A stretch of DNA of 64,000 nt from assembly GCA_964016885.1 (NCBI GenBank), contig OZ024754.1:44020001-44084000 (forward strand), read 5' to 3'. Below, piece by piece: positions 1-12,282 of this stretch (position 1 is the first letter of the stretch; each line of letters starts with the position of its first letter). The position numbers were made by a program, and so were the translations under genes. A model generated the notes under the pieces. The model did no database searches, was not told where the DNA came from, and saw nothing but the letters and a program-made list of their open reading frames with translations. This DNA is from Eledone cirrhosa (Eukaryota).

Positions 1-164
1 CACCACCACTACAATACTACCACACCACTACCACCACCACAACCACTACAACACTACCACCACCACTACAATACTACCACCACAACATCACCCTTCTTCC
101 AAAATGACATAACACCAGAAATGACAAATAAAAGAAATTCTCTAAATTCTTCATTATTATTATT

Positions 165-1130
165 AATCGGTAGAGCGTCAGACACCATGCTTAGAGTTAC
201 GGCCCTTTATGACCCGAGTTCAAATCCCGCCGAGGTTAGCTTTGCCTTTCATCCTTACGTGGGGGTCAATAAAATAAAGTACCAGTAATGCACTGAGATC
301 GATTTAATCGACTTTCCCTCCACCAATATTATATTGTGCCTGAATCAGAAATAATTATTAGTCCTATATTAATTGCAGGTCATTACTGCATTACTGAGCA
401 CAGCTGTATGAGCCTTGGTGATGTGCAGTGTCATTTGTGGTGGTGTTGTTTCTATTATGTTTAGAGTACTCTTCTTAATATGTTTGTAGTGCCTAGTAGT
501 GCTATCTTTGTGTATGTTGTATATATGTGTAAGTCCTGGGGTTTGGGCTATGTATCTGTCTGTGTTTTTGCCATTGCCTCAACACCTATAATTACAGGTA
601 TTGCTTCTGTCTTCATCATCCACATTCCGGTTATCTCTATCTCTAGATCGTTATATTTGGATTAAACATATTAATATTATTATGTATAATACGGCCCTTT
701 ATTATCTGAGTTCAAATCCCGCCGAGGTTGACTTTGCCTTTCATCCTTACGGGGTCGATAAAATAAAGTACCAGTAATACACTGGGATAATTGCTGGCCT
801 TGTGCCAAAAGTAGAAACAATTATATATGTATAATAATTGTTTCTACTTTTGGCACAAGGCCAGCAACTACCCAGTACATTACTGGTACTTTATATGTAT
901 AATAATGGTTTCTGATTTAGACACAGGGCCAACAATTTTTTTTGGGGGGGAGGAGGGAGGGGAAATTCGATTAAATCAACCCCAGTGCATTACTGATATT
1001 TTATTTCATCCTTAAAAGGTCGATAAAATAAAGTACCAGTAATGCACTGGGGGATTCTAATCGACTGTTCCACCCCCTCAAAAAAAAAAAAAAAAAAATT
1101 GTTAGCATTATACCTAAATCAGAAACCTTA
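165..1130. mobile_element. Cluster of the same SINE in both orientations (165-360 +, 690-822 +, 835-890 -, 905-1015 -, 1016-1130 +)
   Basis: Direct matches to 9181-9372. Confidence 0.8.
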
Positions 1131-1373
1131 AATATTATGTATAAACCGATACTGTGCCGTCATCGATCTTTATGTTACCCTTGTGGTTAATAAAGAAATC
1201 ACTATGATTATTATGTGTCTCTATAGATAGTATCGATCACACTTTTTTTACACGACGTAAATAACTGCCCTCCCACTCCCACTGATTGCTTTTTTCTTCT
1301 TTTTTTGGTTTCCCTTTCAATTTCACCTTCGTAGTATTAAAATTTGCTTTAACGATGCACATATACACCACCC

Positions 1374-1496
<123 letters not shown>

Positions 1497-1505
1497 TGTG
1501 TGTGT

Positions 1506-1557
<52 letters not shown>

Positions 1558-1975
1558 TCCAATAATCAGTGTTGTTGATCCAAGTAATCTACAGCAACTG
1601 CGGTGTAATCCACACTAACTACTCTACGCCATGGATATATCGTAAGGTAACACGTATAAGGTATCAGACGTAGTAGCAATATTAAGAGATGCTTTCACGT
1701 ATTTAACTCCACTTTATTAAAATAATATTGTATCAAACACTTGAAGTGGAATATGTGAAACCATCTCCCTTCTTTTCTTAATAAAAACACATATATATAA
1801 TGTATATATATGTATATATATATATATATATACATATATTTGAATTTAAAAAAATATATATATATAATGTATATATGTGTATATATATATATACTGTATT
1901 ATGAAGAGCTCGGTACTTATTCCTTGAGCTCATTAAATTACAAGGGATTAACGCGAACCTTTAACTCCGTTTTTT

Positions 1976-2009
<34 letters not shown>

Positions 2010-2117
2010 ACAACATGACCCTCCCAAAGTATAACAATATATATATAACAATATATATATATAATATGATATAATAAAGAGATCGATATATTAATATAAC
2101 GAATACATACATATACA

Positions 2118-2151
<34 letters not shown>

Positions 2152-2152
2152 T

Positions 2153-2215
2153 CTGATGAAAACACAAATATTATTGCATGATGATGTTTGTTTTTGAAAT
2201 GCGCATAATAAAATA
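2153..2215 (+). ncRNA. Hammerhead motif with eroded helix I
   Basis: CTGATGA, long helix II (about 15 of 16 pairs, 2160-2195), GAAA-TGCGCA-TA|ATAAAATA. The 5' strand of helix I is replaced by (TA)n. Confidence 0.55.
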
Positions 2216-2245
2216 CATGGAACTCCTTTAACCATCTTTTGATCT

Positions 2246-2299
<54 letters not shown>

Positions 2300-2560
2300 G
2301 ATAAGGTATACATATATCTATAAAGATAGTGTGTAATCGAGACTGCAACACTGTGTATATAAATATACATATTTTTAATATGGAGACATGTAAACACGCC
2401 AGAAACTACGACATTCCCTGTAATCTGATATAATGTATGAATGACACTATAAACACCACAGGTGACAGGTTATAGTTTAAAATACTTTGCATGCTGAGTG
2501 ACATAACGGAATGAAGAGATGATAAATAGAAATTATCAGACATACACACACACACACATA

Positions 2561-2614
<54 letters not shown>

Positions 2615-2846
2615 AAATATAAATATATATATATATGTAAATATAAATATATATGATATGAATTATATATAGAAGAAGACTAAATAAATATAGACATGAA
2701 CAGTTGACAGTGAAAAATAAGGTACTCTTGAAATCTGAGCATGAAATATTATATATAAGCACCAGTAATACACTGAGGTGATTGCTGGTCTTGTGCCAAA
2801 TGTAGAAACAATTATATATATATATATATATATATATAGACATACG

Positions 2847-2893
<47 letters not shown>

Positions 2894-3109
2894 TTATATA
2901 TGTATGTATAAACGGAATTTTCTGAAGGAGAATCAAAATACTCTTATCAACATTGCTTATTCTTTACAAATTGATCTTCGAAGGAAACAGTTCTAGTCCT
3001 GTAGAAGCCATTTCTATATTAAACATTTATACTCTGCTATGTATTGAGTACCTTACTGTGGTTACCCCCGATTGAACCCGGGATACACACGCATACATAT
3101 ATATTTATA

Positions 3110-3158
<49 letters not shown>

Positions 3159-3418
3159 AAAGTTATATTTAAATTGTTGGGTTACAACTAGTAAATATTT
3201 ATAACTGATATATATATATATATATATATATTTATGTGTGTACAATTACAAATTATATATAGTAGAAAACTGGATGAAAATAAACATGAAGAGTTGACAG
3301 TGAAAAATATGGTAGCCTTGAAATCTGAGCATGTAATATAAATAAACAAACAGAGGAGTGAGGACAAAACAACAACAGGTTTCATTAGGTCTCTTGGTGG
3401 AAAAACAAACAAACCTAC

Positions 3419-3614
3419 CTAGCAAGACTTTCCAAACATCCAGTCTATATACCGAAGGTAAAGGGAATTTCAATACAAATAGTTTTAATTTCTCGATGTC
3501 GACTCGTTCTTCCTTAAGAAAAGACTCGATGTATTTTTTCGATTCCACTGCAGCGGGCATGCCAAATTTATTATAGAAATACACACGAAAATTTCGATCT
3601 TTTTCGTCTGCCAT
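3419..3614 (-). CDS. TBC1D7: TBC1 domain family member 7 (TSC complex subunit), first coding exon; gene continues off the left edge
   Basis: MADEKDRNFRVYFYNKFG...PLPSVYRLDVWKVLL(G) resembles the TBC1D7 N-terminus as I recall it (RNFRSVYYEKVG...FPLPSMYRALVWKVLLG). Start context CACCATGG; 196 nt, then phase-1 donor G|GTAGGT at 3418. Confidence 0.9.
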
Positions 3615-3900
3615 GGTGAGAAATGAGCTTAGAAGAATCAGGTTTTAAAGTCCAGAATAATAAATATATATAATATATATATATATATTATATATATATA
3701 TATATATATCAATTCGATACGAACTGATTACGTCGATATGTCGCAGTGTTTTAAAGAGAAAGCCAGATTTTCTCGGCCACTTCTCGATTTATTAAAACAG
3801 CAGCGGCCACTCTCTTCATGTTTCTTAACAATTACCGCACAAGTGCTTTATATAGCAACTTTTTAGTTTCGTATAATTTCAATTAACCTTTACGTAAACA
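3615..3900 (-). promoter_or_regulatory. Probable 5' UTR/promoter of TBC1D7
   Basis: Mostly non-repetitive, locally CpG-enriched sequence just upstream of the ATG; position-based inference. Confidence 0.35.
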
Positions 3901-4187
3901 CATTTACTGTTATCTTTTATTTAACATTTTCAAGTAGGAAGCTATCTTATTTTCTCCCTTTTTTTTTCTTTTCCTTATTAGTTAACTAATTGTTCGTACA
4001 ATCTATATTATATTATAATTCTCCATTTTTGTCCGTCTGCCACACGAAAGCAACGGTCTGCTTAAATCTTTTAAAAATTATTTATTTAGAATTCATGAAC
4101 CAGAGACGTAAGGCGAAAATAGGAGTGAAGTCGAATGATGTAAAATGCTTTAATTCATACCAGAAAATCTCTCCCTCACACACACAC

Positions 4188-4218
<31 letters not shown>

Positions 4219-4379
4219 GAGAGAGAGATATAGATAGATATGTGTGTGTGTATATAGTTTTGTGAAACTATACGTTGCGCATTCGTCTAAATAATTCTAG
4301 TTTGGTTTCCTACATGGTTTAGAAAATTTAGTTTTATTCAAACCTGTTCGTTAATGTAATTATCCTACGCATGATAAAA

Positions 4380-5355
4380 ATATTTTTGCATAATTAAAAG
4401 CAACGATAAGAATATAGAGAAGGAAAGAGAGAGGGAGGAATATAGGAAGAGAGAGATATAAGACGGCGAAGGAGCGAGAAAGACAGGAAGGGGGAAGTAG
4501 AGAGAGAGAGAGGGGGGGGAAGATAAGGGAAGACGAAGACAGAAATAACAGTAGAAAAGAAAACGTAGAAAGAAAGAAAAATAAAGACAAATAGATGGTG
4601 AAGAAAATAGAAAAAGACACGAGAGAGTGTGTGAGTGAGATAGAGAGGGGGAGTGTGTGAATGAGATAAAGAGGGGAGTGTGTGTGTGTGAGTGAGATAG
4701 TGTGTGTGAGTGAGATAGAGAGAGGGAGTGTGTGTGTGTGTGAGATAGAGAGGGGGAGTTTGTGTGGGTGTGTGTCAGTGAGATAGAGAGGGGGAGTGTA
4801 TGAATGAGATAGAGAGGGGGAGTGTGTGAATGAGATAGAGAGGGGGAGTGTGTGAATGAGATAAAGAGGGGGAGTGTGTGAGTGAGATAGAGAGGGGGAG
4901 TGTGTGAATGAGATAGAGAGGGGGAGTGTATGTGTGAGATATAGACGGAGTGTGTTAGTGAGATAGAGAGGAGGAGTATATGAGCGAGATAGAGAGGGGG
5001 AGTATATGAGTGAAGGACAGAGGGAAATAGAGAGTGAGATAGTGAACAAGAGAGGATGAGAGAAGGAGAGTGTGTAAGTGAGACAGTGAGGGAGAGAGAG
5101 TGTGTGTGTGTAAGTGACATAGTGAGGGAGAAAGAGATAGAATGTAAGTGAGATAGAGAGGGAGAAAGAGATAGAGTGTAAGTGAGATAGAGAGGGAGAA
5201 AGAGACAGAATGTAAGTGAGATAGAGAGGGAGAAAGAGATAGAGTGTAAGTGAGATAGAGAGGGAGAAAGAGATAGATTGTAAGTGAGATAGAGAGGGGG
5301 AAAGAGATAGATTGTAAGTGAGATAGAGAGAGACAAAGACTGTAAGTGAGAGAGA
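4380..5355. repeat. GA/GT-rich low-complexity tract with degenerate ~26-32-bp units
   Basis: Repeated GTGAGATAGAGAGGG. Confidence 0.8.
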
Positions 5356-6815
5356 ACGAGAGTAACTCTATGTTGATGATTTCAGTAAATAGAATGTATT
5401 TCGTGGAGCAATTGAGAGGAAAAGTGGCTGTCACTCATCAAGGGTAAGCCAGTCCAATACTTAAAGTTATCTGGAAACAGTTTAATAATGTCTGTAAAAC
5501 CACCTTTACGACACCAAGTTATTATATACAATGGACTTTCTCCACCAAAAGAACGCGCTTCTAGTGGTTCCCACCCCAAAACCCACGACGTCCTAGAATC
5601 AATTGGAAACATTTTCACCAGGTTAGTATATATTAGAAATCTGTCCGTACAAAAAGATGTTTATTTTAAAAGTCACCGACATCGAACCAACGAGAGAGCT
5701 TCTAGGTGGTCGTTCGATTTTCCATCTAGAAGAAAGAGCAACCATAAATCCCTTAAATTACACGCTGCCATTTATAAGGGAAAAAATACGGAGCGAGAGA
5801 GGGGACAGAATGGATAATGTGGTTTTGGGTTCTGTGTATGGAAGAAAAAAGACTTAGTGGTCGCGATTGTGATACTTTTAATAACAGAATCTGTTCGATT
5901 GTTGCTAATCTGGGCCAAACAACGGCAACCCCACGCACGAGCGAAACAATCACTGTTGCAAACCCCGTCAACAGCACCGCACTGACCCCATATATAAGAT
6001 ATTTTATTGGGTTGTGTCATCGTAATCCTAAACTGGTAAGGACGGACGGACCTACGAAAGTTTCGCTGTCCAGTAGCGAGGACTTTAAATTTTCCTATAT
6101 ATCTTCAACATTAATATATTGATACTTCTCCGACTGTCCCATTATTTGAGAAAATTATACATCAGTGATCAAAACAATATTTTATTCTTTAATTATAAGC
6201 AATAATTCATTTATTCAAATGTCATTTTGTCCACATACGTGCTCCCAAATAGTCATGCATCTTCACTTTTGACACAAATTCCTTTAAATAAATTAAAGGA
6301 ATTACAGCGAAAGTGTATCAGTGGTCAGTTTTGATATAATGAACCGTATTAGAAACATTTTTATAAATTAGATTCTACAAAACGGGAATATAATAAGGAA
6401 ATAATTTTAGTAAATCTTTTTACTAGAGGAGTATCCTGATAAAGTTATTTACTATAGTATATTCCATTAAATCTATCAAAGTTGTTCCCCTTTAAAGGTG
6501 CTAACCCTTTCGTTGGTCACACCTTCCATTACCATCTCAGATGAGTTTTGCTTTCGCCCTTTCATTCCTTCATCTTTTATATGTATTAGCATACTCACTA
6601 ATATATATATATATATATATATGAGTGTGTATGTGAGACTAAGGATGGTTGCCCGAGGGTTATCAGAAAAAAAAACAAGTTAAATAACGTACTCAATACG
6701 TTAGTAGAGAAGCTGCACATTTATTTTATATAGAAATGATCTCTGCAACAGTAGAAGTGTTTCGTTCGTATGAAATCATCAGGAATGTCCCGTAGAAGTA
6801 ATCTCTCTCTCTCTC

Positions 6816-6853
<38 letters not shown>

Positions 6854-6874
6854 TTCTACGGGACATTCTTAGTG

Positions 6875-6912
<38 letters not shown>

Positions 6913-6915
<3 letters not shown>

Positions 6916-7104
6916 CGAAGGAAATGTGGTAAGGAACCAGATGGACCATAACGCACCAAAGTACTCAATACTTAGGGTAGTAGAGTGGGTAATAGGAACG
7001 AGTAGGACCCCGACGGCTGAGCTCAAGCCGTTTCGACGGCTAATTCTAGTCCAGAATTAGCCGTCGAAACGGCTTGAGCTCAGCCGTCGGGGTCCTACTC
7101 GTTC

Positions 7105-7106
<2 letters not shown>
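6913..7106 (-). mobile_element. Short (TA)n-inserted element with a perfect 54-bp fold-back and the 3' half of a hammerhead
   Basis: Arms 6994-7047 and 7053-7106 are exact reverse complements around loop AGTCC; contains GAAACGGCT-TGAGCTC-AGCCGTC. Confidence 0.7.
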
Positions 7107-7142
<36 letters not shown>

Positions 7143-7145
<3 letters not shown>

Positions 7146-7327
7146 AAAATGTTTGACCCCGACGGCAGAGCTCATGCCGTTTCGATGGTCATCTCAGAAA
7201 TAGCTGTCGAAAAGGTTTGAGCTCTGCCGTCGGGGTCAAACATTTTCCCATTACCCACTCTAATACCCTAAGTATAGAGTACTCTGGTGCGTTATGGTCC
7301 ATCTGGTTCCTTACCACACCTCCTTCG

Positions 7328-7330
<3 letters not shown>
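7143..7330 (+). mobile_element. Second, diverged copy of the same element, inverted relative to the first
   Basis: 7250-7330 is the near reverse complement of 6913-6993; it has its own imperfect hairpin at 7144-7248. Confidence 0.7.
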
Positions 7331-7420
<90 letters not shown>

Positions 7421-7907
7421 TAACAGATTAAAGTTTAAGCAAAGAATCGCTGCTTTCACCCTTATGTTATTTTAATAAATATTTGCTCTACGGTTCTTAT
7501 ATATTTGATATATATTTATCCTTATCGAACCCTCTTTGGATTTTAGTCTTCAAATTTATTATTATTACTATATATATATATATATATATATATTGATTTA
7601 AAATTGTAAGAAAGTCAAATACAATAAATTATTATTTATTCATTCATCTCTTCGGACATTTCAATACGGCTAGAATATCGCATCATTTGCAGAGCAGCTG
7701 GGGATTACTATTCAATAATTATCTATCTATATATATATTGTTATATTTGGGGAGAGTCATATTGTTATAATATTACCAGAAATAATAATAAAACACACTC
7801 ACTGTTTGGTTTGGATTGGTTTTCGCTTCTGTATATTTTATATCTTTTGAGTTAATTTATCTGGCAATCAATGTTTATCATTGATTGACTAATGGTTAAA
7901 AATATCG

Positions 7908-7944
<37 letters not shown>

Positions 7945-7970
7945 ATCAAAGTTCTTTCATCACGCATCTA

Positions 7971-8015
<45 letters not shown>

Positions 8016-8713
8016 TCCGAGGGCCCACCTCTGTTTTCGGGAAAAGGAGTCGTTGCCGAGTCGGATGTTAGATCTGTCGAAAACAAACGAAAAAACCTAG
8101 AAAAGTAAAATAAATATTCCCACCAAAGAGAGCACTGAGGTTGAAAAATTCCGAGGGATACAACCCATGCTCTCCCCAAATACTTTATTCGGGGAAAAAA
8201 AGTCGGTTGCGAGCATGCCGGGTGTAGTTGACAGCCGAGAGAAAATAGTAGTGAATAGTGAAGTAGAGTTCAAATATTCATTTTGTTAAGGCTAAATAGT
8301 GGGTCAACTTTGCTTTTCATCCATTCGAGGTCGATAGAAAAAGCGCAAGCCAAGTACTGGGGTCAAGTCTTCCTCTTTATCTCTTTCTCACTCCCTATCT
8401 CTCACTTTCTATCCTTCTCTGGAAGAAATCTGCTCTGGAGAGGAGATGGGCTTCGCCAGGTTTTTAAAATGTCCTGGTAAGGCCGTATGACAATATGGCA
8501 CCCTTACGACTCTCTCAAGAGTTACGGGACAAAAGAAAATTATATATATATATATATGTGTATATATATTGAGTAAAATGACAGGAGGCCGGACTGGTGA
8601 AATTCCTTCAAAGTTTTATTTCTGCAAACACTCTGCACATTTCAATGGTCAGGTTACGTAGCATCGATTGCTTTTCCTACTATTATATCATGGTTAACTC
8701 TACAGAAAGACTA

Positions 8714-8760
<47 letters not shown>

Positions 8761-9180
8761 TGTGATGTGTGTGTTTGCATTTTTTCTTTTTTAATTTTCA
8801 TTTTGTGCCAGATTTTTTCTCAACCTGCTAATTGTAAATTGACCCTGTCCACTTTAAATTTGATATCATCAAATATTTGCTCTGTCGTTTCACATAAACT
8901 TCAGCTACAGTGCGTGGGTTTTCTTTTGAAAGTGTTGTGCGTATAGAGTTTCGTCTCCTGACTGTTAATAAATTGTAAACAAACTGTGTTTAAAAGTACC
9001 TAAACCAAAGAAACTACGACACACAATATAATATGACATCGGTTATTTTAACTTCTGGTCATTCTTGATCGGAGAGACCAATATCAAGAATATTTCATGC
9101 ATGATTAACCCAATCTATTTATTTAATTTATTATTAACCTTATTTTTATTGAGTGTCGTCACTGCATTATTTAACAGTTA

Positions 9181-9372
9181 GGGCGGTGGTTTGGCAGTAT
9201 CGGTAGAGTGTCCGACACTATGCTTTGCAGCATAGAGTTATGGCCTTTTACCTTCTGAGTTCAAATCCCTTCGAGGTTAGCTTTGCCTTTCATCCTTTAC
9301 GGGGTCGATAAAATAAAGTACCAGTAATGCACTGGGGAAATTGCTGGCCTTGTGCCAAAAGTAGAAACAATT
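9181..9372 (+). mobile_element. Full-length tRNA-derived SINE
   Basis: A-box-like TGGCAGTATCGG, B-box GAGTTCAAATCC, core GCCTTTCATCC...GGGGTCGATAAAATAAAGTACCAG (resembles the Meta/MESC SINE core as recalled), tail GGCCTTGTGCCAAAAGTAGAAACAATT. Confidence 0.85.
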
Positions 9373-10834
9373 AGTTAACACAGTTCTGTTGCGTTTTTAG
9401 TATGTGCAGGTTTCTGTTGTATTGAGTGCACACCTCGTGATATGTGCACTGCCTAATAGTGATATTTGTTTGTTAATTCCTTTCTACTCTATTTCAGTGT
9501 ACCCCCCCCCCCCGTCCCTGTCTATTGTCCCCTTTTATTGGTGGCAAATAAAGAGAAATAATAATAATTAATATTATTTGAGTTCAAATCCCGTCGAGGT
9601 TCCTATTTCTGCAGTAATTTCAATGGAATTCATCACCACCACTACCATCATGATCATCACCATCACCACTACCATCACCACCACCATCACCACCACTACC
9701 ATCATCACCATCACTACCACTACCACCACCACCACTACCATCACCACCACTACCATCACCACCACTACCATCATCGCCATCACCACCACCACCACTACCA
9801 CCATCACCACCATTTAACATCTACATTAGACAGGTTTAAATATCTTCTGCTAAATCATTACAAAATATTAAGAGATTTAAAAAATGTTTTCAAGAATTGA
9901 TTGATGATGATGATGATGATGTTTGTTGTGCATATCTACCAATTCCTTATATGTCTGCTAGAGGTTTATATTTTGATATGCCTGCAAGACATTTTAAATT
10001 ATATGTCTTCCTATATATTTATATTATAATACACCTTCCTATCTATTTATATAATTATAAGTCTTCCTATATATTTATATTATAATAGTCTTCCTATATA
10101 TTTAGATTGTAATACACCTTCCTATATATTTAGATTGTAATAAATCTTCCTATATATCTATATTATAATAAGTCTTCCTATACTATAATAAGTCTTCCTT
10201 TATATCAATACTACAATAAGTCTTCCTATATAAAGGGTAAAGACCCCCTTTCAGAGTATTTGAGACCCGGGTGTAGTCAAGGATGAAATTCCTTTGGTCA
10301 TATATCTATTTCATCTGTTACATTTTACACATTTGTGTTTTATAAATAAATGTTTCTTGTAAATTCTTGCATAAAAACATTGGAATTTTCACAGAACCAT
10401 TGTCACACCATTACAGTTTTCAACGAATCGCTAACTAAATTGTCCCAGAAAGTTGATATGTGATGCCATATGATAACACCATTCTTTGGTATATCGAGTT
10501 AATTTATTACAATGCACAACCCCCCAGCTGCCTGCCTATTATTCTCTCTGTTAACTAACTAAATATAACTCTAATAATATTTACTACAACTGATGCTGCT
10601 TTCTACTTTCTGGTATGTTTAACCGTTTTGCTACCAAACTGCCTGAAGCAATGTGTTCATTATACAAAACTGTTCATTTTGAAATATTTATATTAAACCC
10701 TTCCATCATAATTTTATTTTAGAAATTTTAGTTAACTAATATCAGCTTATTAATAACAATCTTAACTATTTTATTAAATTCCTCAATATTTTTGGTTATT
10801 TTCAAAATAAATTGAAATACATAGGCAATGTATT

Positions 10835-11437
10835 TGATTAGAAATATGATAATGAAAGGGTTAATGACATAGACAGTGTCTCTTATTAGAAATAGGGTAA
10901 TGAAAGGGTTAATGACATAGGTAGTGTCTTTCATTAGAAATAGGGTAATGAAAGGGTTAAAGACATAGACAGTGTCTCTTATTAGAAATATGGTAATGAA
11001 AGGGTTAATGACATAGACAGTGTCTTTCATTAGAAATATGGCAATGAAAGGGTTAATGACATAGACAGTGTCTTTCATTAGAAATATGGTAATGAAAGGG
11101 TTAATGACATAGACAGTGTCTCTTATTAGAAATATGGCAATGAAAGGGTTAATGACATAGACAGTGTCTTTCATTAGAAATATGGTAATGAAAGGGTTAA
11201 TGACATAGACAGTGTCTTTCATGAGAAATATGGTAATGAAAGGGTTAATGACATAGACAGTGTCTTTCATTAGAAATATCGTAATGAAAGGGTTAATGAC
11301 ATAGACAGTGTCTTTCATGAGAAATATGGTAATGAAAGGGTTAATGACATAGACAGTGTCTTTCATGAGAAATATGGTAATGAAAGGGTTAATGACATAG
11401 ACAGTGTCTTTCATTAGAAATATCGTAATGAAAGGGT
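10835..11437. repeat. 48-bp minisatellite, ~12 copies, containing a MITE terminus (AATGAAAGGGTTAA)
   Basis: Unit ATGAAAGGGTTAATGACATAGACAGTGTCTTTCATTAGAAATATGGTA. Confidence 0.9.
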
Positions 11438-11595
11438 AGATTTTTTAGACTTATTTTAGGGAAAATGTAGCATCTTCGACGCTGGGAAATATGGTAACTT
11501 TGCCTTTCATCCTTACGAGGGTTGATAAAATAAAGTACCAGTAATGCACTGGGGTAATTGCTGGCCTTGTGCCAAAAGTAGAAACATTTTTAGTT

Positions 11596-11987
11596 TAAGT
11601 GGCTGACTGTCCCACAGACACAGTGTACCTCTAGTGTAAGTGGCTGAGTATTCCACAGACACAGTGTACCTCTAGTGTAAGTGGCTGAGTATTCCACAGT
11701 CACAGTGTACCTCTAGTGTAAGTGGCTGAGTATTCCACAGACACAGTGTACCTCTAGTGTAAGTGGCTGAGTATTCCACAGACACAGTGTACCTCTAGTG
11801 TAAGTGGCTGAGTATTCCACAGTCACAGTGTACCTCTAGTGTAAGTGGCTGAGTATTCCACAGTCACAGTGTACCTTTGGTGTAAGTGGCTGAGTATTCC
11901 ACAGACACAGAGTACCTCTGGTGTAAGTGGCTGAGTATTCCACAGATACAGTGTACCTCTAGTGTAAGTGGCTGAGTATTCCACAGT
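11596..11987. repeat. 41-bp minisatellite, ~9.5 copies
   Basis: TAAGTGGCTGAGTATTCCACAGACACAGTGTACCTCTAGTG. Confidence 0.9.
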
Positions 11988-12106
11988 AAACTATTTAGAT
12001 CTATTCAACATAGTTGATCTAATTCTTGATATGATATTTGTGGCTGATTTGATGCAACCTTCTGTGAAGTCACTCCAAGAAAATAGGAAAAAATTATTCC
12101 ATATAT

Positions 12107-12245
<139 letters not shown>

Positions 12246-12282
12246 GTTTTAAAAAAGGGAGATGAAAGAAAACAAATATATA

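Noticed and set aside
3246-3418. C-terminal part of the 122-aa TBC1D7 ORF
   Set aside because: Read-through into the intron past the GT donor.
9050-9110. Hairpin TTCTTGAT...ATCAAGAA as a hammerhead
   Set aside because: Core boxes are absent or in the wrong order on both strands.
9181-9275. tRNA gene
   Set aside because: A/B boxes belong to a multi-copy SINE head; no cloverleaf.
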